From IMG/VR virus record IMGVR_UViG_3300049460_000121, positions 75,468 through 139,467 of that record: a stretch of DNA of 64,000 bases. The stretch is one strand, 5' to 3'. Both the position numbers and the translations under genes were made by a program. The DNA comes from a virus. Taxonomy: Duplodnaviria > Heunggongvirae > Uroviricota > Caudoviricetes. The notes under the pieces were generated by a model. It worked only from the letters and a program-made list of their open reading frames with translations, had not been told where the DNA came from and did no database searches. Shown piece after piece: positions 10,416 to 19,029 of the stretch (the stretch's first letter is position 1; each line of letters begins with the position of its first letter).

Positions 10416-11273
10416 TTAAAAGCGGTAGAGGTCTTTCACCAGCGCTTCGAGTGCCGGATCACGATTCTGCTCCACACAATAGATGACGAAGTCTTTCGTC
10501 GTCATTGGTGTCCATTTGTTCTTCTCAGACAGCTCGATCAACTTCTGACGAACCTTGAGATTCATAGGAGTGAACGTGACGTTGTCACCGAACATTTGGA
10601 CCGTCATCCGGTCAAACGGAATGCGCTCCAGCTCTTTGCCGTCCTTTAACTTGGTGTTCCACAGGGATGGCGGCTTAACGGCGCCTGTGTGGGATTCCAG
10701 CAAAGTCAGGCTGTCAAACTTGTAACGCTCAAGTAGATCCACAGGATAGTGAGAAATCAACAGCACCTTGCTGTGGACCTCTGGAAACTTCCGGGTCAGG
10801 GTCAAATACGGGATATGGCCCTGGTACTCACTATCGATCACCTTGAGGACTTGTTCCTCGAAGATGTGTGAAGCTTTCTGCCCTGGTGACGTTGGGACCT
10901 TGAGGATCGCCTTGTTGAAGGTGTAGGTCAGGTCGTTGTAGCTACATTTATAGAAGGCTACATCAAACCGACCATCCCCATGCTCCACGCAGACCGTTTC
11001 AATCGCCCGCATCTCATTGACGATGTACTCAGCCACCGTCTGCTCAGTGAGGTGCTTGCGGTCCTCGGTCTTGATAGAACCCATCAGGTTACGGATCAGT
11101 GTCCGCATATTAACCCAGAGGGTGTCGTGGTCCTGGATAGGCGGGTGAGCGTTGGGGGCGTCTGGGAAGATGCCGATCAACGACTCAATAGCCAGGGACG
11201 TGGAGATGGAGATGGGAAACTGACCAACCGCCCGATTGGTCAAGAGTTCCCGCGAAACTGATTCTAAGGACAT
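10416..11273 (-). CDS. Conserved protein (phiKZ gp66-like), possibly flap/5'-nuclease (PIN-like) fold
   Basis: 285 aa, SD AGGAG; LWVNMRTLIRN, ISHYPVDLL, LLESHTG, QMFGD; the fold is a guess. Confidence 0.55.
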   Translation of the reverse strand: MSLESVSRELLTNRAVGQFPISISTSLAIESLIGIFPDAPNAHPPIQDHDTLWVNMRTLIRNLMGSIKTEDRKHLTEQTVAEYIVNEMRAIETVCVEHGDGRFDVAFYKCSYNDLTYTFNKAILKVPTSPGQKASHIFEEQVLKVIDSEYQGHIPYLTLTRKFPEVHSKVLLISHYPVDLLERYKFDSLTLLESHTGAVKPPSLWNTKLKDGKELERIPFDRMTVQMFGDNVTFTPMNLKVRQKLIELSEKNKWTPMTTKDFVIYCVEQNRDPALEALVKDLYRF

Positions 11274-11294
11274 GGGATCACTCCTAATGAGCGA

Positions 11295-11495
11295 TTATTG
11301 GTTACCCGGCCAAGTGACGGCGTCGGCTTTACCGGTGAAGACCATCCAGGCAAGTTTGATGCGGCGGACAATGCCGCCATAGCCCAGTGGTCGTGCTGGA
11401 ACCCATTGATTCCCAATGTTGACCGAATTACCTACCTCACCGGTAGTGGATTTGATCAGTTGGGTCAGGGTGTACAGGCGTGGGGTGTTCTTCAT
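11295..11495 (-). CDS. Hypothetical protein (66 aa)
   Basis: GGAGG SD, ATG overlapping the sbcD stop; WVPARP..RIKLAWMVFTGKADA. Confidence 0.65.
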   Translation of the reverse strand: MKNTPRLYTLTQLIKSTTGEVGNSVNIGNQWVPARPLGYGGIVRRIKLAWMVFTGKADAVTWPGNQ

Positions 11496-12679
11496 GCAGC
11501 CTCCGCGAGGATTCGTTTGATACAGTCGAGTACGGGTTTCTCTACATCTTTCACACGCGACCACAGGAGGTCGTTGATCGTATCAGGACGGATAGCCACG
11601 ATGACTGGCCGTTCGATAAGCTCGGTTGTGTCTGGCGTGTAGGCATCAGCTTCCACCACCTTGGTCGTGATGTTGAACTGAGGGAACCGGGCCTTGATCT
11701 CAGCCAGGGCTGCGTACACGGGATCCTCACGACTGATCTCCAACCGGATATGGCTACCGGATGGGAGGTTCTCACGACCCTCCAGGAACTTGTACGCAGC
11801 TTTGATCTGCACACCCTTGAGGTCGAAGGTCGAGAAGATAGTAGCGTCGTCATTGACGATGAAGAGTTCGTTAGCCGCTGTCCAATCTTTACAAATCGTG
11901 AACTGGAGGTGGCCTTTGTCCTCCTCCTCATTATGCCGCAAACGCTCAGGGGAGCCGGGCACAGTGATTCGCCCACAGGTGGTGTGGGTGTGGTGGTGGC
12001 CGATGTAGATCCGCTCTGTCACGATCGAGTGGTAGTTCTCCACATTGTGGCTGACCACGGTGCGGATTGGCTCTTGGTACGTGAACATGCCGTGCATAAA
12101 CGCATATTGTACCTGAGGGACTCCACGTTGACGCAGGAGCTCGTTTACCTGCATCCAGGTAACACTGGCGTCGTGGTTTACTTCGTCCGGCACATAAAGC
12201 GCCAGAGGCCCTCCAGCGTACAACTCATCAATCGCCAGCGTGCCGTAGTACTTGATGTCGAGGTTGATGTTCGACACTTCGTTAATCAATGGCAGCCAAC
12301 GCGACTGTTTGTTGTCGTGGCTAGGGGTACCTTCCAGAATCCGTACAGCGACGTTGTGTTTGGCGCACTGACGGAGGAAGATCTCGATCCACCTGGTGAT
12401 CAGCAATGCATCATCGCTGTCGTAGGTCAATCGTTTGTCGAATAAGTCACCAGTAATCATGATCATGTCAAGAAGCTTTAACCGCTCCTCGGGGAACATG
12501 GTCATCAGGGTCTTGATCACTTTGCTGGCGTGGACTCGTCCATGTCCCAAATGGACGTCGCTGATCAGCGCCACGGTATAACCAGCCGCTACTTCACGGA
12601 TGGCAGCAGTTATACCGTTGAGCTTAACGCGGAGGATGCGAGTCTCAGTAGATGAGGTCATCGTCTGAGGAGTCGTCAT
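11492..12679 (-). CDS. sbcD: SbcD/Mre11-like metallophosphoesterase nuclease
   Basis: SDVH, TGDLFD, GTPSHD, MHGMF, GHHH, PGS calcineurin-like motifs. Confidence 0.88.
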   Translation of the reverse strand: MTTPQTMTSSTETRILRVKLNGITAAIREVAAGYTVALISDVHLGHGRVHASKVIKTLMTMFPEERLKLLDMIMITGDLFDKRLTYDSDDALLITRWIEIFLRQCAKHNVAVRILEGTPSHDNKQSRWLPLINEVSNINLDIKYYGTLAIDELYAGGPLALYVPDEVNHDASVTWMQVNELLRQRGVPQVQYAFMHGMFTYQEPIRTVVSHNVENYHSIVTERIYIGHHHTHTTCGRITVPGSPERLRHNEEEDKGHLQFTICKDWTAANELFIVNDDATIFSTFDLKGVQIKAAYKFLEGRENLPSGSHIRLEISREDPVYAALAEIKARFPQFNITTKVVEADAYTPDTTELIERPVIVAIRPDTINDLLWSRVKDVEKPVLDCIKRILAEAA

Positions 12680-13295
12680 GGGTCTCTTCTGGTTGCGGGG
12701 CTGGTAGTGCCGCTTGTGTGGTATTGCGTTTCTTGGCCAGTGCCAGGATCTCGTCAGCTTGAGGTCCGAGCAGTTCTTCCATAGGTATCTGGTAGAACTT
12801 GTAAATATCTACCAACAACATAATCGCATCGGCGCGATGATGCATTTCGGTTTGAGGCTTATGGGCCTCGTAGATACCGTCTTCGATAGCCATCACACCG
12901 CGCATGTCGCCGTTGACGATCATATCGGTCTGTTGCTGTACGATGTGGTGGGTTGTGGTGAAACGACCCTCAGGCGGCGTTGTCTTGAGCTCAATGTCAA
13001 TGAATGCTGGTGGGCAGACAAACAGCAACTCACCGGAATCATTGACGATGTTCATCGGGTTGTTCAGGCCATCAGCCGTGTTCAACCAAACGCCCAGGTC
13101 TTCACAGACCTCGTTACGTACACGCTTGCGTACGATAGGCAGTATGACCGCCTGGAAGTACTTCTCCCGCACGTTACGGATTCGGGCTGAGCTACCGGCG
13201 TTGATCGCGGCAACCGCACTGTCGAAGCCTTCCAGGCCCCGACGTACGATTTCTTGATAAGTGTGGTCGGCTTGGGCTTGGGTGAATTGGGTCAT
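12645..13295 (-). CDS. Conserved hypothetical protein with acidic tail
   Basis: ATG 13295 after AGGA; overlaps the sbcD start. Confidence 0.7.
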   Translation of the reverse strand: MTQFTQAQADHTYQEIVRRGLEGFDSAVAAINAGSSARIRNVREKYFQAVILPIVRKRVRNEVCEDLGVWLNTADGLNNPMNIVNDSGELLFVCPPAFIDIELKTTPPEGRFTTTHHIVQQQTDMIVNGDMRGVMAIEDGIYEAHKPQTEMHHRADAIMLLVDIYKFYQIPMEELLGPQADEILALAKKRNTTQAALPAPQPEETHDDSSDDDLIY

Positions 13296-13311
13296 AAATG
13301 AATTCCTGTCA

Positions 13312-13337
13312 AGCTGGAGGGTTTTCACCCTCCAGCT
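13312..13337. terminator. Intergenic hairpin
   Basis: AGCTGGAGGGT-TTTC-ACCCTCCAGCT (GAAA tetraloop on the minus strand). Confidence 0.6.
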
Positions 13338-13355
13338 GTGATTGTTACGGCCTAA

Positions 13356-13955
13356 TTACTGAACCGCTGCTGCCACAGTCGCGGCTTCAGAGGATTTCAG
13401 CAGTTCTTCAGGACTGGCGCTGTCCAGCTTTTCGCGCAGAGCTTCGGTAGCCTGGAACATGTCGGTCATGGCTTCCATGTGCGCTTCGATGCCGGCGGCG
13501 GTAGTCACGTAGAAGACTAGACCTGGCTGCACTGCCTGAGACAGAACCAGCTTGGACAGCATTTCCAGAGGAGCAGCTTCCAGAGGCATTGCTTTCCAGA
13601 CCGGACGGGTCATCTGCACGCCATTCACTTCGTGCGGTTCCAGGACCAGCTTGCCTTCGGCGTCTTTGGCTTCTTCTTCGAACTTGACGAAGAACTCACC
13701 TTCGTTGATGCCGACGGTTGCACGAGCCGAACCGCGGTAGTAGGTGCCGACTACTACTGGACGGAACTGAGCACGCTCGTCCTTGGCACGACGTTCCTGA
13801 ACCAGGCCCAGCAGGAAGCCCAACAGGGATTCAGCCTGGATGGCCTTGTTTTCAGGGATGCTCAGCACTTCGGTCATGGTACCGGCTACGAAGGCACGCA
13901 GCTCTTCGGTAGTTTGTGGGAACGCGATCGGTGCAGGGGTTTGAACTTCAGACAT
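13356..13955 (-). CDS. Hypothetical protein (199 aa)
   Basis: SD AAGGAAG, strong phage-type codon bias. Confidence 0.75.
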   Translation of the reverse strand: MSEVQTPAPIAFPQTTEELRAFVAGTMTEVLSIPENKAIQAESLLGFLLGLVQERRAKDERAQFRPVVVGTYYRGSARATVGINEGEFFVKFEEEAKDAEGKLVLEPHEVNGVQMTRPVWKAMPLEAAPLEMLSKLVLSQAVQPGLVFYVTTAAGIEAHMEAMTDMFQATEALREKLDSASPEELLKSSEAATVAAAVQ

Positions 13956-13984
13956 GGTACTTCCTTAATAGGCGGGTTTTTTGA

Positions 13985-14410
13985 TTACGAGGCGTAAACG
14001 ATGGCACCATTACTAACGTTTACAATGGACTTGAGGGCTGAATCTCGAGTCGTCAGCGCGTACCCAACACTGGTGCTGGTGGTGCCTGCTGCTGTACTGT
14101 CGGTCACCGTCGCCTCAACTTTCAGGTTGATTCCAGGATCGTCCCCATCGTTCTCGACGGATACGTTCACTGTGGCGCTGGAGAAGAATTTTGCCAGGAA
14201 TTTCTGGAGTTCCGCTTGAACCTCACCCGGAATGGTTAGGTCATCATCCCCGTAGAGTTGAATGATCTTGGCCAAAGAGGTGATGTTGCCACGGTACAGA
14301 GTGGTCTGGCTATGTTTTGCGAAGAAGAAACAGCACATCAGGTAGTCGATCTTGATATCGATATCAGCGATGACCCCTTCCTTGCCTAGTCCTAGGATGC
14401 TCGTGGACAC
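13985..14410 (-). CDS. Conserved protein, possibly gp25-like baseplate/sheath initiator
   Basis: 141 aa; helix followed by three beta strands like T4 gp25; inference only. Confidence 0.5.
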   Translation of the reverse strand: MSTSILGLGKEGVIADIDIKIDYLMCCFFFAKHSQTTLYRGNITSLAKIIQLYGDDDLTIPGEVQAELQKFLAKFFSSATVNVSVENDGDDPGINLKVEATVTDSTAAGTTSTSVGYALTTRDSALKSIVNVSNGAIVYAS

Positions 14411-14447
14411 AGGATGATACCTCGGCCATGGAATACATCCTATTACG

Positions 14448-14494
14448 ACAAAAAAAGAAAGGGAGTAGGGGAGCCGAAGCTCCCCAGTCCTTTA
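14448..14494 (-). terminator. Intrinsic terminator (UUCG hairpin + U-tract)
   Basis: Minus strand GGGGAGC-TTCG-GCTCCCC followed by TTTCTTTTTTT; 27-bp identical copy at 49532-49558. Confidence 0.85.
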
Positions 14495-15115
14495 CAACGT
14501 CTTGCGGGTTGGACTGCCAGGATCCTGCTTGCCCCGGTCCAGAATCTCTGCGAGAGTCCGGTGGGTGTCGCGGGCGGCATCTTTCTCGTTCTGGTTGAAC
14601 TTGGCGTCGCCGTGTTCATCCACAATTCCAAGGTAAGTAACGAAAGTATCTTCGCCCTCTTCACCTTCGGCATGCACACCGTTGTAGATCTCACGGTACA
14701 TGTCGTGTTCCCGACCGATGCTGTCGCGCTCGTCGTCTTCGTACAGACCGTCGTACCCATCTGCCTGACCTTTATACCACAGGGCCCGGTAGCGTGGGAA
14801 CGCCATGACGATTGCGCGGTTACGCGGTTTGGCATTCTGGAAGTCGCCCAGGTCCACCAGGGGAAGAATGCGGTCTTCATCCCAGCGTTTACCGAAGCGA
14901 TCCCGCATACCTTCCACACGATCGCGGATGGAGCTGAAGTCGAAGTTGTCCAACGCTTCTTTCGCGCGGCCCAGGTACCGTGAAGCAAAGTTCCCAGCCG
15001 TGCGCGCGACTTTGTCGATACGATCCCGGAAGAACTCCAGGTCGTTACGCGACATCATCCCGTGTGTCGATGCGTGTATCACATCGGCGTCACCGTCGCT
15101 CACAATGTACGCCAT
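14492..15115 (-). CDS. Conserved protein downstream of nvRNAP beta'-N (phiKZ gp59/Imp3-like by position)
   Basis: 207 aa; YKGQADGY motif; synteny only. Confidence 0.55.
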   Translation of the reverse strand: MAYIVSDGDADVIHASTHGMMSRNDLEFFRDRIDKVARTAGNFASRYLGRAKEALDNFDFSSIRDRVEGMRDRFGKRWDEDRILPLVDLGDFQNAKPRNRAIVMAFPRYRALWYKGQADGYDGLYEDDERDSIGREHDMYREIYNGVHAEGEEGEDTFVTYLGIVDEHGDAKFNQNEKDAARDTHRTLAEILDRGKQDPGSPTRKTL

Positions 15116-15120
15116 GATAG

Positions 15121-16611
15121 TTAACCCTCCAATTCAACAGAATAATCTTCACCTTCCTCAAGTCTAGCGTTAATGGTTGACAATACCGGAGCCGGGATCA
15201 TCGCATGGTCGCTCACTTGGAAAGGTACGTCCAAGTCCATGATGCCAGTGCTAGGGGCCATCCGATCGAAAGCGCGGGCTGTGAAATTATCCAGCGCCAG
15301 TTGACCAGACATGTAGTCGCCGTCGAAGTCGGCGTTTGGTGCCTTGAGGCAGAGTACCGAGATACTGGTACTCAGTTGGTTCGGATCACGCTTGATGGTT
15401 CTGATGTAGAAGCGCTGAGTGGAGCCACGCTTCAGGGACGGGAATCGCGTGAATGTACACGGTATCCCTTTGCCGCCAGGCGTTTCCGCGATCAACTGAT
15501 CGAAGATTCGCTCCAGCTTGTGGTGAGTTCGTAGAACGTTGTCGTAGATGAGGGTGAAGATCTCGTTGGGAGTATAACCTTCTCTACGTAATTTGTTCGC
15601 AATGTGAAGTTTTAACGTTAAGACCGCAGTGCCCCAAGGAATGTCGAGTTCTTCGTGGTTATGCGGCGTGTGTTTGGAAGTGATCACCGTCCGGAAAGTC
15701 CAGTGCGGATCCACCCCGTAGGCCAACTTGCGGAAGATCCCCTTCTTCGGGAAGATCTTGTTCTTTTCGTTCTCCTGATAGTACATCACCAGGTTAGCCA
15801 GAGATCGAGCCACGCGGGACTCTACCTGAGACATGGAACGTTTGCGGGCACGTTCAGTGTTCGCAATGGACAGCAATGCGTTCAACGCAGGAGCCATTTT
15901 CGGATCCGCGTAGATTCTTTCCCCTACGGTCTCCAGAATGAACCCGATCTTACTCGGGAATGGCAGGTATTTGCAGAACACCACGTTACGGATCATGTCG
16001 ATAAATCGAAGCATTTCCTTCCCTTCTTTGTCAGCAAAGAAAGTCCGTGTGCGGCATAAAGCAGTAATGATGGCGTCAAAGTTGTCATGGAACGAGGTCA
16101 GACCACGTTTGAAACCCATACGGGTAACGACAGCTTCAACGGGACAGTCCTCTTTCAAGGCCTGATAAGACGGGTCCAAGAACCAGTCCAGTGCAGAGAA
16201 TCCATTCTTTAACAGCTTCTTGCGGAGCTGCGTATAAACGGTTAGGTTTAGGAATCCAGGGATCCCATCCGGTACGCGTACCCACACCAGAGGTTCAATA
16301 CTCTGTTCAGTTACGGGCAAGCATTCAAAACCACAGTTCGGACACATGCGATGAACCAGGTGCCCACCTTTTGTCTCGCGGCAGGGGCAGGAGGGAACGT
16401 TAGAGAACACGTCACCATCGTAGCTACTGTACACAAGACGGTTAAACCGGACTCGACCTTCTTCCGTCGACAGGTCAATGTCGTTTGCCAACACTGGCTC
16501 GGTACCCAAACGGCGAAACAGATCGTCGTAATCTACGATGATCGGATAGATGCCCTTACGTCCAATGTACCGGAATCGGGGCTCTGTAATATCGCCTGTA
16601 ATGAGTTCCAT
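15121..16611 (-). CDS. rpoC: Non-virion RNA polymerase beta' N-terminal catalytic subunit (phiKZ gp55-like)
   Basis: Zn ribbon CPC..CPNC, KKGIFRK, FRTVI, RFPSL, catalytic NADFDGD. Confidence 0.95.
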   Translation of the reverse strand: MELITGDITEPRFRYIGRKGIYPIIVDYDDLFRRLGTEPVLANDIDLSTEEGRVRFNRLVYSSYDGDVFSNVPSCPCRETKGGHLVHRMCPNCGFECLPVTEQSIEPLVWVRVPDGIPGFLNLTVYTQLRKKLLKNGFSALDWFLDPSYQALKEDCPVEAVVTRMGFKRGLTSFHDNFDAIITALCRTRTFFADKEGKEMLRFIDMIRNVVFCKYLPFPSKIGFILETVGERIYADPKMAPALNALLSIANTERARKRSMSQVESRVARSLANLVMYYQENEKNKIFPKKGIFRKLAYGVDPHWTFRTVITSKHTPHNHEELDIPWGTAVLTLKLHIANKLRREGYTPNEIFTLIYDNVLRTHHKLERIFDQLIAETPGGKGIPCTFTRFPSLKRGSTQRFYIRTIKRDPNQLSTSISVLCLKAPNADFDGDYMSGQLALDNFTARAFDRMAPSTGIMDLDVPFQVSDHAMIPAPVLSTINARLEEGEDYSVELEG

Positions 16612-16631
16612 ACTTCTCTCCGGTGGGACAT

Positions 16632-16672
16632 AAATAAAAAATAGAGCAGGAGGGGTTTCCCCCTCCGCTCCA
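16632..16672 (-). terminator. Intrinsic terminator after chimallin
   Basis: GGAGGGG-TTT-CCCCTCC hairpin with adjacent A-tract. Confidence 0.75.
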
Positions 16673-16696
16673 GGTTTACGCTACCACTAAAGGAAC

Positions 16697-18682
16697 TTAG
16701 TAGTAGTTGCCACCGCTGTACGGACGGCGACGGCGATCAGCGCTGTCGTCGGAACGATTGCGGCGAGTACGACCGATTTCGCTGGTTGCGTACTGGCTGT
16801 AGCCATCGTGACCGATCGAGCGACGAGTCGACAGACCATCGTTGGACGAAACGTGCGGAGACATCTTCGCACCATCCAGCGAGTCTTGCAGAGCGATCAG
16901 GTAGTCCAGGTCGAAGGCCAGTTGCTCGGCAGTGCCGGTAACGTGCAGACCAGGAACCACTTTACGCAGGATCGCGTAACGCTCAGCCAGGTTGAACTCG
17001 ATCGAACGACGGGTGTCTTCGAAAGTAGCCTGGAAGTCCTGTACCAGGTCCAGGTTCTTCTCGCCAACACGAGTCAGCAACGCAGGGACGTTCCATTCAC
17101 GGATGTCACGGCGGTTCTGGTTCTCGTCCAACCAGGTGCCCAGCAGGGTGCGGCTACCGGTAGTGTAGACCGGACGGTAGTCGTTACCCAGGTTACGCTT
17201 GGCCAACGCATCGCTGAAGCGATTGCCGGTCAGAACGTCTGCCGAAGCATGCAGCAGGTCGATCAAGTCGTCCAGCTCGGTGCCAGGCTCTGCGATCGCG
17301 ATGCGCTCGTAGATGCTCAGTACCCAGGACTTCTCGCCCGAGGATGGAACGGTCATGCCGAACGCGACGTCAGGCTTGACGGTCAGGTCGAGGTAATCGG
17401 CCAGATCGTTGTCGCTGATGTTCGGACCGATGTCCTTGGCTACGCAGGCAGCTTCTTCGTCCGGGTTCATCAGGAACAGATGGCCCAGGGAAGTCAGAGG
17501 CTTGAGACCTTCGGCCAGAGTGGCGCGAGGACGCAGCATGGTTGCCCAGCGGTAGTCGTTGGACTGTTGCACTGCCTGAGCGATCAGGAGTTGTGCCAGT
17601 TCCAGCGAGTACGGGAAGTCGCCCGAGCCAACAGAGTTGATGTTCAACACTGCTTGCCAGAACGGGCTCTCGGTATCACGACCACGACGGCGACGGCCGC
17701 CGAAACGACGCTGTTCGCTTTCGCCCTTCTCGTCGTAGGAGACGAACATGTCCAGGCCGCAGCGGATGTCGCCCATTTTGGTACGGGAGAACAGGTTGTC
17801 TTCGCCGTTCGGCTCGGAGTAGTACAGGTTGGTGGTCACGTCGCTACGAACAGGCAGACCCGAAGTGTCGATGATCTGCTTGCCGGTGTAGTCGAACGCG
17901 ATTTCCAGACGGGAGCCTTTACCCATCTTGTCCGGGCTAACGCGGAACTGCGAGGAACGAGTGCCCGACTTGGCGTCGATCATGTTCTCGCGGAAGCCGC
18001 AGATGGCCTCCATCGCGTTATCGTAGATGTGAGCAACGATCTGCTCCATCTCTTTCTCGGTACGGTGGGTGAAGGTGTCAGCCAGGATAACCTGATTGCC
18101 AACCACACGGGCAGTACCGCCAACGGCCGCTTGAGCCTGATCACGCACGATGTTGATGTACGTTTCGGTCAGGTGATCTTCTGGCAGAACCAGAGCGTCG
18201 AAGGTTTCGCCACGCTCAACCAGCGGACGGGTTTGCACGTCGCCGCTTTGCTCGATCAGCAGGATGTAGGTCAGGGCGTAACGCTCGGCACCGATGGTGG
18301 CCGGCAGAACAACCAACAGGCTGGATTGCGAAGAACGCGCCAGCGAGCCATCCATCGGGATGACCTTGAACAGGTTACGCTTGGTTTCAGCAGGAACGCC
18401 AGGCTTGTCGTAAGTCTTGGCGTTCTCGAAGGTATTAACCAGCAGAGACAGAACCGCATCGCTCAGGCCGCCCATGGATGGACGAGCTTGGAGGCGGGAC
18501 ATGTCAGCGAAGGTCACCTGAGTTTCGCGGTTTTCATCGCGACGGCTGCCACGGCTGCCACGGTCGCTGTCGCGGGAATCACGCTCGTCACGGCTACGAT
18601 CTTCACGCAGTTCGGAACGGGTGTCTTCGCGACGCGGCTCTTTAGCATTGTCCGGGGCGTCGGTTACAAAAGTATCGCTCAT
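16697..18682 (-). CDS. chmA: Chimallin, major phage nuclear shell protein (phiKZ gp54-like)
   Basis: 661 aa, very strong codon bias, immediately upstream of beta'-N; DTSGLPVRSD, LTGNRFS, GTW..RDIR motifs; disordered termini. Confidence 0.88.
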   Translation of the reverse strand: MSDTFVTDAPDNAKEPRREDTRSELREDRSRDERDSRDSDRGSRGSRRDENRETQVTFADMSRLQARPSMGGLSDAVLSLLVNTFENAKTYDKPGVPAETKRNLFKVIPMDGSLARSSQSSLLVVLPATIGAERYALTYILLIEQSGDVQTRPLVERGETFDALVLPEDHLTETYINIVRDQAQAAVGGTARVVGNQVILADTFTHRTEKEMEQIVAHIYDNAMEAICGFRENMIDAKSGTRSSQFRVSPDKMGKGSRLEIAFDYTGKQIIDTSGLPVRSDVTTNLYYSEPNGEDNLFSRTKMGDIRCGLDMFVSYDEKGESEQRRFGGRRRRGRDTESPFWQAVLNINSVGSGDFPYSLELAQLLIAQAVQQSNDYRWATMLRPRATLAEGLKPLTSLGHLFLMNPDEEAACVAKDIGPNISDNDLADYLDLTVKPDVAFGMTVPSSGEKSWVLSIYERIAIAEPGTELDDLIDLLHASADVLTGNRFSDALAKRNLGNDYRPVYTTGSRTLLGTWLDENQNRRDIREWNVPALLTRVGEKNLDLVQDFQATFEDTRRSIEFNLAERYAILRKVVPGLHVTGTAEQLAFDLDYLIALQDSLDGAKMSPHVSSNDGLSTRRSIGHDGYSQYATSEIGRTRRNRSDDSADRRRRPYSGGNYY

Positions 18683-18718
18683 GTTGCATCTCCAGATGTG
18701 TATACACGTTTTATTAGC

Positions 18719-18857
18719 GAGTGGGACTATTCCCAGAATTCAGTACGATTCCTTCGTATCGCTATTGAAGGTTCCCAGTGGGATTTCTACCGTCGTAGAC
18801 ACTGGGCCTACTCATCCGTTGTACTAGCGGACTGCGGGTTAACAACAGTTGCGGTCT
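18719..18857 (+). ncRNA. Candidate structured RNA overlapping the chimallin leader (antisense orientation)
   Basis: Nested helices whose G-U pairs form only on the + strand; see findings. Confidence 0.35.
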
Positions 18858-18860
18858 GTG

Positions 18861-18894
18861 TCACTAGAATAATGTAGGTCTGTGAATTTTTACA
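18861..18894 (-). promoter_or_regulatory. Chimallin promoter (early core TACATTA plus TGTGAATTTTTACA element)
   Basis: TCACTAGAATAATGTAGGTCTGTGAATTTTTACA. Confidence 0.75.
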
Positions 18895-19029
18895 ACGAGA
18901 TCCTTCATTCTAGGCAATACCACGATAGACGCAGCATTGGTGCTTGCCCGGTTGTTACACCAGGCTAGTTATTTTACATACTATACACACGAGTATGTAA
19001 ACTTTTACATCATTCAATGGATTACTGAA

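Noticed and set aside
18802-18812. CTGGGCCTACT shared between the chimallin leader and the 31224 hairpin
   Set aside because: An 11-bp match can occur by chance in 64 kb
18785-18820. Hammerhead-like CGGAUGA-stem-GAC on the minus strand of the chimallin leader
   Set aside because: The core deviates from CUGAUGA...GAAA and stems I/III are not evident
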